DNA from: a virus
Taxonomy: Duplodnaviria > Caudoviricetes
Length of the DNA stretch: 64,000 bases
Strand: one strand, 5' to 3'
IMG/VR virus record: IMGVR_UViG_2651869698_000005
Location: 26,138 to 90,137 of that record
Made by a program: the position numbers and the translations under genes. The notes beneath the pieces were generated by a model. It made no database searches and was not told the origin of the DNA. It saw nothing but the letters and a program-made list of their open reading frames with translations. This document shows positions 26,945-36,255 of the stretch, piece by piece (the stretch's first letter is position 1; each line of letters begins with the position of its first letter).

Positions 26945-27804
26945 TGGCTGACTGCTTTCAGGAGGTAGGGCAGGGCGGGGATGACGGTGAGGTACGGCCG
27001 GGGCCAGGGTGCGAGGTGTTCGCCGTGGTAGGAGTCGGTGGTGAAGATCTCGCCGTAGTGCGCGTTCAGGGCGCGGAACTTCTCCCAGCTGCCGGAGAAG
27101 ATGCCGTGACTGACGAACAGGCCGAGCTGCTCGGGGTGGAGGTCGATCGCCTTGGCGAGGCCGACGAATGTCCCTCCGCCGTCGCAGATGTCGTCGACGA
27201 CGAGGTAGTTTCCCTCGGGATCGAGCTTCGGGCAGACGAACTCGGACAGCGCACCGGTGGCGGGGTCACGTCTCTTACCGGCCTGGATGAACGGCAGTTT
27301 GAGTGCGTGGGCGACGTGGGCTGCGCGGCGACGTGCTCCCTTGTCGGGGGCGATGATTCCGGTGTACTGCAGCTCGGCGTAGTTGGTGGCGGCGTCGACG
27401 GCGATCTCGGTGGAGGGGATCTCGACGACGTTGTTGGTGCAGAACGGGCCGACGTCGGAGTGCGGGTCGAGGCAGATGACCTCGTCGGCGTTGATGAGGT
27501 TGATCAGGTCGGCGTAGATCTCGGCACCCCACGGGAATCCGCGGTCCTGGCGGGCACCGGGCAGGTACGGGACGATGGCGGTGACCGGATGCTCTCGGCC
27601 GCGCTGCACTGAGGCCCACATCGCAGCTGCCATGTAATCGTTGGCGTTGGTACCTCGGATGACGACGACGCGACGATGGCCGGCAGGAGCGCTGTCAGCG
27701 CCTTCTTTGACGTGCTCCTCGCCGGCGGGGAACTGCATCCGCTGATCGTCGGACTGGGTGACGGTTCCGTCGTCAGGGTTGAGGGTGTAGAACTCGACGC
27801 TCAC
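26941..27804 (-). CDS. Ribose-phosphate pyrophosphokinase-like protein (probable Adps of NARP1)
   Basis: FPAGE, PYLPGARQDR, DPHS, PDKGA, VDDICDGGGTF. Confidence 0.88.
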   Translation of the reverse strand: MSVEFYTLNPDDGTVTQSDDQRMQFPAGEEHVKEGADSAPAGHRRVVVIRGTNANDYMAAAMWASVQRGREHPVTAIVPYLPGARQDRGFPWGAEIYADLINLINADEVICLDPHSDVGPFCTNNVVEIPSTEIAVDAATNYAELQYTGIIAPDKGARRRAAHVAHALKLPFIQAGKRRDPATGALSEFVCPKLDPEGNYLVVDDICDGGGTFVGLAKAIDLHPEQLGLFVSHGIFSGSWEKFRALNAHYGEIFTTDSYHGEHLAPWPRPYLTVIPALPYLLKAVSQ

Positions 27805-27940
27805 GCTGCCACCCGCTCGATCGACTCGGCGGCGGGGGCCTGCTCGGCTTCGATGCGCCGGGTGACGCGGGCGAGCTGCTCGGCCGGCGACGGGATCGGG
27901 TTACGGTCGAGGTAGTCAGGGCGATCGCCCATGCGCAGTC

Positions 27941-28267
27941 TCATACTTCGGTCTCCTCGAACGTGGACTTGAGCTCACCGGTGGCGACGATGTAGGTGTG
28001 CCGGGAGTGCTTAGCCTTCGGCTTGCGTTTGCCGTTCTGCCGGCCGTTGCCGGAGGTCAGGCGTACACGCAGGTTTCCCTCGGCGTCCTTGTTCACGTTG
28101 CCGCGCAGGGACTTCGGGCGGTCGGGGATCTTCGCGTCGAGGGCGCGGATGAACTCGTGGAGCACCATGCGATCGGCCTCGTCGGCGATCTTGAGGCGCA
28201 GTTCGCCATCGGCGGCGAGGGTGACTTTCGAGGGCGTGTCGCCGTAGGCGGGGCGTGAGGTGATCAT
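27941..28267 (-). CDS. Hypothetical protein
   Basis: 108 aa coupled ORF. Confidence 0.6.
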   Translation of the reverse strand: MITSRPAYGDTPSKVTLAADGELRLKIADEADRMVLHEFIRALDAKIPDRPKSLRGNVNKDAEGNLRVRLTSGNGRQNGKRKPKAKHSRHTYIVATGELKSTFEETEV

Positions 28268-29523
28268 GCCGCCACCAGCGCTTCTGCGGTCTCAGTGTCG
28301 ATGATGTCGGCGTCGAGCTGCTTGGTCTCGAACTGGAAGAACAGCGGCGACTTCGCCTTGAAGATCTGCGGGGTCAGGCCCTCGACGCGGACGCATACGC
28401 CTTCGTCGACGATGGGGTTCTTCTTGGTGCCCTCCTCGAGGGGAACGGCCAGGAACGGCAGGGTCTCGCTGAGCCGCTTGTCCATGTAGGACTCGATCTC
28501 GATGAAGTCGTGCCGGCCGCGGTACAGGGCAGGGACTGTTTCGATGCCGACCTCGGCGCAGAACTCGACCATCTGATCCCACGACAGGTCGGTGGCGCGT
28601 CCCTTCGTGGTGACCTGGACGACCCGGTAGACGTACAGGTCGGATGCGCCGATCGGCAGCCGGTAGGTGTACCCCTTCTGCACGGGCTTGCCGTCGGGGT
28701 GCCAGCCGATGATCTCGCCGTAGACGATGAATCCGGCGGGGATGCGGCCGCGGAGGCGCTCACCCCACTGGGTCCAGATGTCGTCGTCGGTCAGCTGCTT
28801 CTGTCGGCCACGGGAGGCGGAGACGTAGTCGTACTCGGTGTCCTGGACCTTGACGCCGAGGCGCTTGGCGATGCGGTCGCGCAGGGTCAGGGGGCGGGGA
28901 ACGATGGTGTGGGCGAGGCGAATCGAGGTTCCGTGGAGCTTCTGGGTGACGACGATGTTCTCGAACGGGGAGATCTGATCCTTGCAGCGGAAGTACTGCG
29001 GGGTGTCGAAGTGGCGGGGCAGGAACTTGGCGTCGGTGCGCTCGGCGGGCATCTGGCCGTTGCGGCCGGCGCTGGGGGCCTTGTAGTTCGACGGGTAGTA
29101 CTTGCGGCAGATCGGGTGGCCGTTGATGGTGTCGAAGGTGTCGCCGACCTGCAGCTCGGTGGGGTCGATGCCGGTGTACAGCAGGCTCGACAGGGGCATC
29201 AGGAGGGCGTCGGAGCGGTTGCCGCGGAGCTTGATGGCTCGGACGCGGCGGTTGTCCTCGAGGTAGCCCGTTACGTTCTGGTCCGCGTTCAGTTCCGCAT
29301 GGCGGTACATGTCGTTGGTGGAGGCGAAGTCGTGGTCGAGCTGGGCCTCGGCGGGGATGAACAGGGCGAGGTGTCCGGTCTGGAACACGTTCTTGCTGCT
29401 GATGATCTGGTAGCCGAACATCGGTATGGCAGCGAGGAAGTCGCTGTTCGGGAGGTCGAGGATGGTGTTGATCTGGACTACGACGGCTGCGTAGTTCTCG
29501 TTTTCGGGTGCGGTGAGTTTCAT
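28264..29523 (-). CDS. ATP-dependent RNA ligase with N-terminal OB/tRNA-binding-like domain
   Basis: Motif I QKLHGT, YGE, EGVCVR, FKAKS; N-terminal VRAIKLRG. Confidence 0.85.
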   Translation of the reverse strand: MKLTAPENENYAAVVVQINTILDLPNSDFLAAIPMFGYQIISSKNVFQTGHLALFIPAEAQLDHDFASTNDMYRHAELNADQNVTGYLEDNRRVRAIKLRGNRSDALLMPLSSLLYTGIDPTELQVGDTFDTINGHPICRKYYPSNYKAPSAGRNGQMPAERTDAKFLPRHFDTPQYFRCKDQISPFENIVVTQKLHGTSIRLAHTIVPRPLTLRDRIAKRLGVKVQDTEYDYVSASRGRQKQLTDDDIWTQWGERLRGRIPAGFIVYGEIIGWHPDGKPVQKGYTYRLPIGASDLYVYRVVQVTTKGRATDLSWDQMVEFCAEVGIETVPALYRGRHDFIEIESYMDKRLSETLPFLAVPLEEGTKKNPIVDEGVCVRVEGLTPQIFKAKSPLFFQFETKQLDADIIDTETAEALVAA

Positions 29524-29564
29524 GGTTTCCCTTGGTCGTTTGGCAGAACGTCCTACGGGTGAAC

Positions 29565-29593
29565 ATGTTACGCGAAACAGGGTGCGTAACAAA
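29565..29593 (-). promoter_or_regulatory. Early promoter with operator GTTACGCGAAAC
   Basis: -10 TAACAT; operator at 29567-29578; flanking long inverted repeat. Confidence 0.6.
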
Positions 29594-29811
29594 CAGCGGG
29601 GGTCTGTTCTGTTACGCACCCTGTGGGTATTACGGTGTCCCGCCGGCCTGCATTCGGGCTACGAACTGCAGCCAGTTCTCGCCGGGGGCGGGGCCTTCCT
29701 CGGTTGCGGGGGTCTGCCGGTAGCCGTCGATGACGGGCGGCCGGGGGATCCATTCGCGGGCGCTCTGCCGGATGGCGCGCCTGCGCCGCCAGGCTGCGAC
29801 GGGTCCGCGTC

Positions 29812-30093
29812 TCATACCGGCTGCTTCGCCTGGTCGCTGCGGTAGGCCGACGAGTCGAGCCATACGAGCGCGGCGATGACCACGAGGTTGATTGCGAGGT
29901 CGCCGACGTCGAGGACGACCAGGTTCAGGAGCGAGGACAGGCCGAGGATCACGTACGCGCCGACACCGAGCCTGCGCCAGAAGCCGACCGGGTTCCGGTT
30001 GTACTCGTAGGCGTCGATGATCCGCTGACGGATCTTGCCGGTGAAGGTTTGATCGTCGTCGGGTTCCTGCGTCCAGTCCCAGTGGCCGCTCAT
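29812..30093 (-). CDS. Membrane protein
   Basis: Two hydrophobic segments. Confidence 0.6.
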   Translation of the reverse strand: MSGHWDWTQEPDDDQTFTGKIRQRIIDAYEYNRNPVGFWRRLGVGAYVILGLSSLLNLVVLDVGDLAINLVVIAALVWLDSSAYRSDQAKQPV

Positions 30094-30449
30094 AGGGCTG
30101 CTCCTTGCAGTCGCCGGGTGTGCAGCCGGGCCGCTTCGGCGTCGATGCGCGCCCGTAATGCGCCGTTGGTGGCGAGTTCCTCGCGGAGCTTGGCGGTGCT
30201 GGCGTGATGTGGTCCGCCGCGTTCGATTCGCGCGATGTCGGCACGCAGATAGGCCTCGGCCTCGTTGACCTGTGCGTACTGGATCTCGATGGCGCGTTCT
30301 TCGTCGGTGAGCGGCTTCGGCTCGAATGCGTCTGCGATGCGGGCGATCTGGTCGCCGACGTAGATCAGGGCGTGCACGTTGGAGAGCAGGTCGGAGCCGG
30401 TGCGAGCGAGGTTGAGGGCGACCTGCCGGTGATGGGTCGTGTCGGTCAC
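30090..30449 (-). CDS. Hypothetical coiled-coil protein
   Basis: GTGA-coupled; helical heptads. Confidence 0.55.
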   Translation of the reverse strand: MTDTTHHRQVALNLARTGSDLLSNVHALIYVGDQIARIADAFEPKPLTDEERAIEIQYAQVNEAEAYLRADIARIERGGPHHASTAKLREELATNGALRARIDAEAARLHTRRLQGAAL

Positions 30450-31027
30450 TTCGGGCCCTGCGGGAGGTTCTGGACCGACTCGAGGGTCGATGCACCGAGG
30501 GCGGGGGCACCGGCTGCTCGGGCCATCGGCTGGTCGAACAGCAGGACGTTCTGGCCGCTGCCGGCCGTCCATTCGATGTACGCGCCGGTGGTGGCATCTT
30601 CGCCGTAGTACGTGGAGCAGTTGGACCCGCTCGAGTAGGTGCCGTCGACGGACGGGCGCGGGGTGACGACCATCGCGCCGCTCGAGTTGGACTGCACATC
30701 GAAGGTGGGGACGAGGCTCGTGCACTTGTCGACGGGCAGGCCCTTGAGGATGAAGTAGCCGAGGATCTTGCCGTCTGCACCCTGCAGGTAGACGTACGAA
30801 AGCTTGCCGGGTGTGCCCCAGGTGTCGATCCAGAAGTTCTTCGTCTCGCGGGTCGGCGAGTAGCTCATCGTGTGGGCGGGCTGCTTGGCGACGAGGCCGT
30901 CGTATGTGCCTGCGACGGAGGCGCGTTCGGTGTTGGCCGAGTCGGTCGTCGACGGGCTCGATGAGCATCCTGCGAGTACGGCTACGGCGGCCGCGGCGGC
31001 GGCGATGGAGGCGGTCAGCTTGCGCAT
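30446..31027 (-). CDS. Lipoprotein
   Basis: Lipobox VLAG-C. Confidence 0.8.
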   Translation of the reverse strand: MRKLTASIAAAAAAVAVLAGCSSSPSTTDSANTERASVAGTYDGLVAKQPAHTMSYSPTRETKNFWIDTWGTPGKLSYVYLQGADGKILGYFILKGLPVDKCTSLVPTFDVQSNSSGAMVVTPRPSVDGTYSSGSNCSTYYGEDATTGAYIEWTAGSGQNVLLFDQPMARAAGAPALGASTLESVQNLPQGPK

Positions 31028-31464
31028 GTGGTGTTCTCCTGGGTGGGATCGAGGCGGTACGGCAGGGCGGATGACTGGAACTGGCCGGCGGTGGCGGTCT
31101 TCGCTGCGTCGGCGTTGTACTGGGCGATGTCAGCGATGCGGGAGCCGGTGAGGGCGACGATGTTCGAGGGGACGGTGTAGGCGCGTTCGCCGGTCAGCCC
31201 GGCTGCCTGCTCGGCCTTGAGTGCGGCGAGCGTCGCCTCCTTGCCCTGGATGCTTGCGCAGAGGTCGAAGAACTGGTCGTAGGCGGCAATGCGGTAGGAG
31301 CCGTTGGCGACGATCTTCTCGGTGGCTGCGACGTCCCCGCGGAAGTTGGCGGTTGCCTTCTTGAACAGGCCGGTTCCGAAGATCAGGACTGCGCCGAGGG
31401 CGACGACGATCACTACGGCACCGACCCAGAGGGCGGCGGTTTTGAGCGGGTTCGGCTTGCTCAT
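31015..31464 (-). CDS. Membrane-anchored coiled-coil protein
   Basis: N-terminal TM helix, helical soluble domain; overlaps the lipoprotein start. Confidence 0.75.
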   Translation of the reverse strand: MSKPNPLKTAALWVGAVVIVVALGAVLIFGTGLFKKATANFRGDVAATEKIVANGSYRIAAYDQFFDLCASIQGKEATLAALKAEQAAGLTGERAYTVPSNIVALTGSRIADIAQYNADAAKTATAGQFQSSALPYRLDPTQENTTCAS

Positions 31465-31748
31465 GCGGGGGTTCCTTCGGGGGCGTCGGGCTCGGTCTGG
31501 GCGGTGGTGGTGAGGGCGGCGATTGCCATGGACGGCATGGAGAAGGCGTCGATGCGCAGCTTGTTGATGTCGGTTTCGCCTGCGAGGGCGGCGAGGATGG
31601 CGTTGACGTTGGCGAGAACGGTGCTGACGTGGACGAGTACTGGCCGGGTGGGATCGGCTTGTTTGGCGGCTCGTTCGATGCCTTCGCGTTGGGCGCTGGC
31701 GACGATGCCTGCGATCTTGTTGCGGCGGAGTGCGTTGTCGACGGTCAT
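31461..31748 (-). CDS. Hypothetical protein
   Basis: Coupled ORF. Confidence 0.6.
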   Translation of the reverse strand: MTVDNALRRNKIAGIVASAQREGIERAAKQADPTRPVLVHVSTVLANVNAILAALAGETDINKLRIDAFSMPSMAIAALTTTAQTEPDAPEGTPA

Positions 31749-31787
31749 GGCGGCTAGTGTGCGAGATCTGCGGTGTTGGTTACCTTT

Positions 31788-32051
31788 TCACCGGTAGCGC
31801 AGGTGGTGTTCGAGGTGCGGGCAGCCGGTGAAGGGTTCGTGTCCGTGGACGTCGCACTTCCACTGCCCTAGCGCGTAGTGATGGAGGCGGGGTTCCTGGA
31901 TGATGAGGTCGGGGTTCGGGTCGCCGTAGGTTGCCCATGCAGGTAGGACCGGCCACATGGCGGTGATGTTCTCGGGCGGTCGGCCTTCGCGGGTCAGCGG
32001 TACGTCGACGACCTGGCCGTTGAGGGGTCCACCGTCGCAGGGGATCTTCAT
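31788..32051 (-). CDS. Hypothetical protein (GGPxxG motif)
   Basis: DGGPLNG. Confidence 0.55.
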   Translation of the reverse strand: MKIPCDGGPLNGQVVDVPLTREGRPPENITAMWPVLPAWATYGDPNPDLIIQEPRLHHYALGQWKCDVHGHEPFTGCPHLEHHLRYR

Positions 32052-32299
32052 GAGCGCCGCCAATCGTTGCCGGGCACCCATAGCCAGAAGTTGCCGTTCC
32101 ACTGGTACCAGGCGACGAGGGCGCAGCGTGCGAGCTCAAAGTCGCAGTAGAGCCAGTCGGGGTGTGTGGCCGAGTACTCGTGCTTCTCGGAATGCTCGAC
32201 GTACCAGCAGCCGACGGGGATCGGCTGTTTGTCGAGGCTGATGATCGTTTTACCGTCGCGAGGTCCGCCGAGCAGGGTCATCGGATGCGGCTGCGTCAC
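32048..32299 (-). CDS. Hypothetical protein (GGPxxG motif)
   Basis: LGGPRDG. Confidence 0.55.
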   Translation of the reverse strand: MTQPHPMTLLGGPRDGKTIISLDKQPIPVGCWYVEHSEKHEYSATHPDWLYCDFELARCALVAWYQWNGNFWLWVPGNDWRRS

Positions 32300-32655
32300 A
32301 GTTCGCCCCATTCATTGCCGCACTTGCATGTTCGGATCACGCTGAATGCCCGTTCGTCAGTGAAGCCCAGCAGCAACGGTTCGACGCTGGGCTCACGTAG
32401 GCCGTGAAGAGCGATTTCTCCGCACTTCGGACAGTCTGTCCAGGCGCTGAAGTTCGATGGCGTCGACCGGCCGATCGTGTTGTCTCCGATGCGGTCAATT
32501 CGCATATAGACGTCTCGGAACAAGTCGAACGAGGATGGCCCGGCTGGTTTGGTTTTCGACCTTTTGGGGCCTTTCCAGGCAGCGAACGCGAGGGAGACGA
32601 AGAACGCGATGACAGCGGCGTAGAGGAACGCTGTGCCAATGCCCTGTTCGGTCAC
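32296..32655 (-). CDS. Membrane-anchored Zn-ribbon protein
   Basis: TM helix plus CPKC...CKC. Confidence 0.6.
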   Translation of the reverse strand: MTEQGIGTAFLYAAVIAFFVSLAFAAWKGPKRSKTKPAGPSSFDLFRDVYMRIDRIGDNTIGRSTPSNFSAWTDCPKCGEIALHGLREPSVEPLLLGFTDERAFSVIRTCKCGNEWGEL

Positions 32656-32746
32656 GAGACTCTCGCTTCGATGTACATGCCGAGGATGATGCCGAGGAGC
32701 GCGGATGTCGGCGCGTAGACGACGAAGGCGCGGAACAGGTCGAAGA

Positions 32747-33100
32747 TCATTGGGGGAGCTCCAACGGGCCGGAGGCGAGGGTGAAGATCTGATCGAACCG
32801 CCGGGTGATCTGCCGGCCGTACGGGGTGCGGATGAGCAGCTCGCCGTCGACTCGGGGGAAGTCGACGCGGGTGTCGCTGCCGCACTGCCGCATTCGGCCG
32901 CGGTAGAGGTCGACGACCACTTGAATGCTGCCGACGACCTGACTTCGGTCTCGACTGTCCTCGAGGATCAGCATCGACGAGTATCCGCCCGACGCGCTTA
33001 TCGCTGCCCAGATCGGGCCCTGTAGGCGAGGGAGGACGTAGTGGGGTGTGCGCGGGTAGTTCATGCTGATGTAGTCGCCGATGGCGTCGGTGATGCTCAT
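32747..33100 (-). CDS. Hypothetical protein
   Basis: Coupled ORF. Confidence 0.55.
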   Translation of the reverse strand: MSITDAIGDYISMNYPRTPHYVLPRLQGPIWAAISASGGYSSMLILEDSRDRSQVVGSIQVVVDLYRGRMRQCGSDTRVDFPRVDGELLIRTPYGRQITRRFDQIFTLASGPLELPQ

Positions 33101-33579
33101 GCGGCGATGACCGGCCAAACGAATCGGGTCGTGCGACGCGGGGCGGTCGGACGTACCGCGAAGTACAGCCCAGTTGCCTCTCCCAGCTCCGCGACGCGCT
33201 TCTCGGGGCTCATGCTGATGATCTGCGAATCATCGCCGTACGCGATGCCTGAGAGCGCGTCGAGGGCCCCTCGGACGAGCTTGTCGAGGTCGGGGCGTTT
33301 GACGGCCGGCGGGGTCGGCTTGGTCTTCGGCGTCGCTTTCGGCCGAGGCATGACGAACTCGAGGTCGATGTGGACGGCTCCGTCGAGGGGCACGTATCCG
33401 GCGAAGTGGGCGCGGGCGGCCTCGGCGATGGTTTTCCGCCAGGGCTTGAGCTTCTTCGACGATTCGATCATCACGCCGCCTCCGACGTGGCGTTTTGAGC
33501 CTTGTGGGGCGGGTAGGCCGGCAACGAACAGCTCGGCGGTCTGTCGACGTACGGGCAGCACGGTGATGATGGCGGTCAC
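33097..33579 (-). CDS. rusA: RusA-like Holliday junction resolvase
   Basis: PAPQGSK, PDLDKLVRGALDAL, DDSQI. Confidence 0.9.
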   Translation of the reverse strand: MTAIITVLPVRRQTAELFVAGLPAPQGSKRHVGGGVMIESSKKLKPWRKTIAEAARAHFAGYVPLDGAVHIDLEFVMPRPKATPKTKPTPPAVKRPDLDKLVRGALDALSGIAYGDDSQIISMSPEKRVAELGEATGLYFAVRPTAPRRTTRFVWPVIAA

Positions 33580-34073
33580 TTGCCGTCTTTCGGGTGGCGG
33601 TAGCCGTGGATGACGAACGGGTAGACGGGGGTGAAGACGTACGTGCGCAACGCGTCCCAGTCCTCTTGGCTGCGGTCGTCGTCCCATTCGACTTCGAGGC
33701 CGTGCTCGTCGCCGTTCGCCTCGAGCTCGACCGAGTCGTGCTTCGTGGCCGGATCCCAGTACGCGAATCCGAAGTACTGGCCGTCGGTGCGGCGCTGGAT
33801 GACTGACATGCAGTTGATGCCGCGGTAGAAGTCGTCGTCGGCGAGGTGGGCCTTGTTGACGCTGCCGGTGCCGATGACCTTGAACTCGGCTTCGAGCTGC
33901 TCGAGGGCGTCGAGGGCGGCCTGCTCGGTGTCGTCGTCGGCGGCCCAGTGGAGTTCTCGGTGGAGGTCGCCGTCGCGGTAGCCGGCGATGGTTTGGCCGA
34001 GGGTGCCGCGGAGGATGACGCGCTCGGGTTCGGCGATGTACTGGGTGAAGTCGGGGGCGATGGTGGCGGTCAC
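33576..34073 (-). CDS. Hypothetical acidic protein
   Basis: 165 aa coupled ORF. Confidence 0.6.
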   Translation of the reverse strand: MTATIAPDFTQYIAEPERVILRGTLGQTIAGYRDGDLHRELHWAADDDTEQAALDALEQLEAEFKVIGTGSVNKAHLADDDFYRGINCMSVIQRRTDGQYFGFAYWDPATKHDSVELEANGDEHGLEVEWDDDRSQEDWDALRTYVFTPVYPFVIHGYRHPKDGK

Positions 34074-34290
34074 AAGTAGTCTTTCATCGTTTGACGGTGG
34101 ATCTGCTGGATGCGGTCGTACGCGCGCTGCAGTTCGACGCCGGATGCTGGCGGGAACGGGTCAGCGGTGACGTGCCGGCCCCACGCTTCGATGTAGACCG
34201 TCTGGCGGGGCGGCAGGGCGAAGTGGACGTGATTGCGATGATCGGCCGGTAGCCGTAGCCGTAGCCGCGCCTGCCGCTTGAACGGGGCCC

Positions 34291-34506
34291 TCACTGGCGA
34301 TGCTTGCCGATGCCGATGGTGGCCCGGTCGGTGACGGCTCGGAACCCCGTGCGGATCCGGTCGATCGTCTTGCCGTCGAGGGTGGTGGTCTCGGTGACGA
34401 TCTGGACCGGGGCGTCGGCGGGCCAGCCGCGGGTGGCGGCCTCGAGCTCGCGGATCTGCGCGACGTCGAGGCCGAACCGCTTCTCGGTGTCGTAGCTGTA
34501 GTCCAT
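34291..34506 (-). CDS. Hypothetical protein
   Basis: 71 aa coupled ORF. Confidence 0.55.
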   Translation of the reverse strand: MDYSYDTEKRFGLDVAQIRELEAATRGWPADAPVQIVTETTTLDGKTIDRIRTGFRAVTDRATIGIGKHRQ

Positions 34507-35723
34507 CAGTTGCCCTTGACGTTGAGGATCTGCCGCAGCTCGTGCTCGATGTCGACGAGGGTGGAGGCGTCAGCCATGACGACGTCGATGCTCTTGTAGG
34601 CGTCGGGGATCTCGTCGATGAACTCGGCGCTGTCGCGGTATTCGATGCCGGCCATCCGCTGCCGCAGGTCGTCCTGGGTGAACAGTTTCTTTGCTTTGGT
34701 GCGGGAGAAGACGCGGCCGGCACCGTGCGGGGCGGAGTGGAGGCCCGTGATCGAGCCCTTGCCGCGGACGACGTAGCTACGGGTGCCCATGCTGCCGGGG
34801 ATTACGCCTCGGACGCCGTCGTTGGCGTCGATTGCGCCTTTGCGGGTCAGCCAGACGTCCTCGCCTGCAATGGTTTCGTGGACGGTGTAGTTGTGGTGGG
34901 CGTTGACGCGGTCCTTCTCGACGGTCTCGGGGTTGACCTCGAGCCAGTTGGCGAAGATGGAGACGAAGCGGTCCATCATCTCGGCGCGGTTGAGGTAGGC
35001 GAACTGCTGGGCCCAATGCAACTCGCGGATGTATGCGGCGAACTCGGGGGTGCCCTCGTCGAGCCAGGCGTGGTCACGGTCGGCCAGTTCGTCACCGGCG
35101 GCCGCCCGCTGTTCCTGGGCGATCTTGATGTGCTTCTGGGCGATCTTGTTGCCGACGCCGCGGCTGCCGGAGTGCAGGAACAGCCACACGGTATCGGTTG
35201 CATCCAAGCACAATTCGATGAAGTGGTTGCCTGATCCGAGGGTGCCGAGCTGCTCGCGCCACTTCGGGGAGTGGGTCAGGTCGACCTCGTGGTAGCGGGC
35301 GATGTTCTCGAGCTCGACGATCTTTTCGGCGGTGAACTCGAACGCGGCGAGGGTCTTGTTGTAGTTGCCGGCCGAGACGGGGATGGAGGCTTCGATCGCC
35401 AGCCGCAGCTCACGGAGGCGGCCCGGCAGTCCACGGGAGTCGCCAGGGTAGGGATCGGCTTCGAGGTCCGCGAGGGTGTAGTTCGTTTCGACGGCGATCA
35501 TGCCGCAACCGATGTCGACGCCGACGGCCGCCGGGATGACCGCGCCCTTGGTGGGGATGACGGTGCCGACGGAGGATCCCTTGCCGGCGTGGGCGTCTGG
35601 CATCAGGGCAATGTGCGGGTGGACGAACGGCAGCTCGGCGAGGGCGAGGGCCTGCTCGCGGGTGGTGTCGTCGAGGATGCTGGCGTAGTTGTACAGCTTC
35701 GGGGCGATCTGTGTCGGCGTCAT
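34506..35723 (-). CDS. rtcB: RtcB RNA ligase
   Basis: MPDAHAG, VGVDIGCG, GSGNHF, HSGSRG, HHNY, PGSMG, HGAGR, DEIPDAYK. Confidence 0.95.
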   Translation of the reverse strand: MTPTQIAPKLYNYASILDDTTREQALALAELPFVHPHIALMPDAHAGKGSSVGTVIPTKGAVIPAAVGVDIGCGMIAVETNYTLADLEADPYPGDSRGLPGRLRELRLAIEASIPVSAGNYNKTLAAFEFTAEKIVELENIARYHEVDLTHSPKWREQLGTLGSGNHFIELCLDATDTVWLFLHSGSRGVGNKIAQKHIKIAQEQRAAAGDELADRDHAWLDEGTPEFAAYIRELHWAQQFAYLNRAEMMDRFVSIFANWLEVNPETVEKDRVNAHHNYTVHETIAGEDVWLTRKGAIDANDGVRGVIPGSMGTRSYVVRGKGSITGLHSAPHGAGRVFSRTKAKKLFTQDDLRQRMAGIEYRDSAEFIDEIPDAYKSIDVVMADASTLVDIEHELRQILNVKGN

Positions 35724-35992
35724 GCGTTGTCTGCCTTCTCGTTCGGGTTGACGGGTCGGGTCGTAGCGAGGGCGTCGATCGCTGCCCAGCCGCCACTTTC
35801 GTCGAGCATGCCGGTCATTTCGCGGGCGTATTCGCGTGCGGACTGTTCGCTACGGAATCGGCGACTCGCGCTGTCCTGGATCTTCGCGAACCGCACGATC
35901 CAATCCCAGTTCGGAGCGTCCGGTCGGGGCTTTTCTACGACCTCGATTCGCGTGTCGATGCCGTCGATGACCTGCACTGCGGTATCGGTCAT
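35720..35992 (-). CDS. Hypothetical protein, tandem paralog A
   Basis: DGIDTRIEV...WDWIVRF. Confidence 0.7.
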   Translation of the reverse strand: MTDTAVQVIDGIDTRIEVVEKPRPDAPNWDWIVRFAKIQDSASRRFRSEQSAREYAREMTGMLDESGGWAAIDALATTRPVNPNEKADNA

Positions 35993-36255
35993 TCGTTGTC
36001 TGCCTTCTCGTTGATTGCGGCGGTCACTTCGGCGGCGTACTCGGCGAGCTGCGCCCATTCGTCGGAGCTGATGAGTTCGGTGGCCTGGCGGGCGTATTCG
36101 CGGGCGACGGCTTCGTTGGGGAAGCGGCGTGCGGCGCTGTTGGGGAGGTCGGTGAAGCGGACGATCCAATCCCAGCCGGGGGTGATGGGGTTCGGCTTTT
36201 CGAGGACTTCGAGGCGGGTGTCGATGCCGTCGACGATCTCTGCGGTGGCGCTCAT
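35989..36255 (-). CDS. Hypothetical protein, tandem paralog B
   Basis: DGIDTRLEV...WDWIVRF. Confidence 0.7.
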   Translation of the reverse strand: MSATAEIVDGIDTRLEVLEKPNPITPGWDWIVRFTDLPNSAARRFPNEAVAREYARQATELISSDEWAQLAEYAAEVTAAINEKADNE

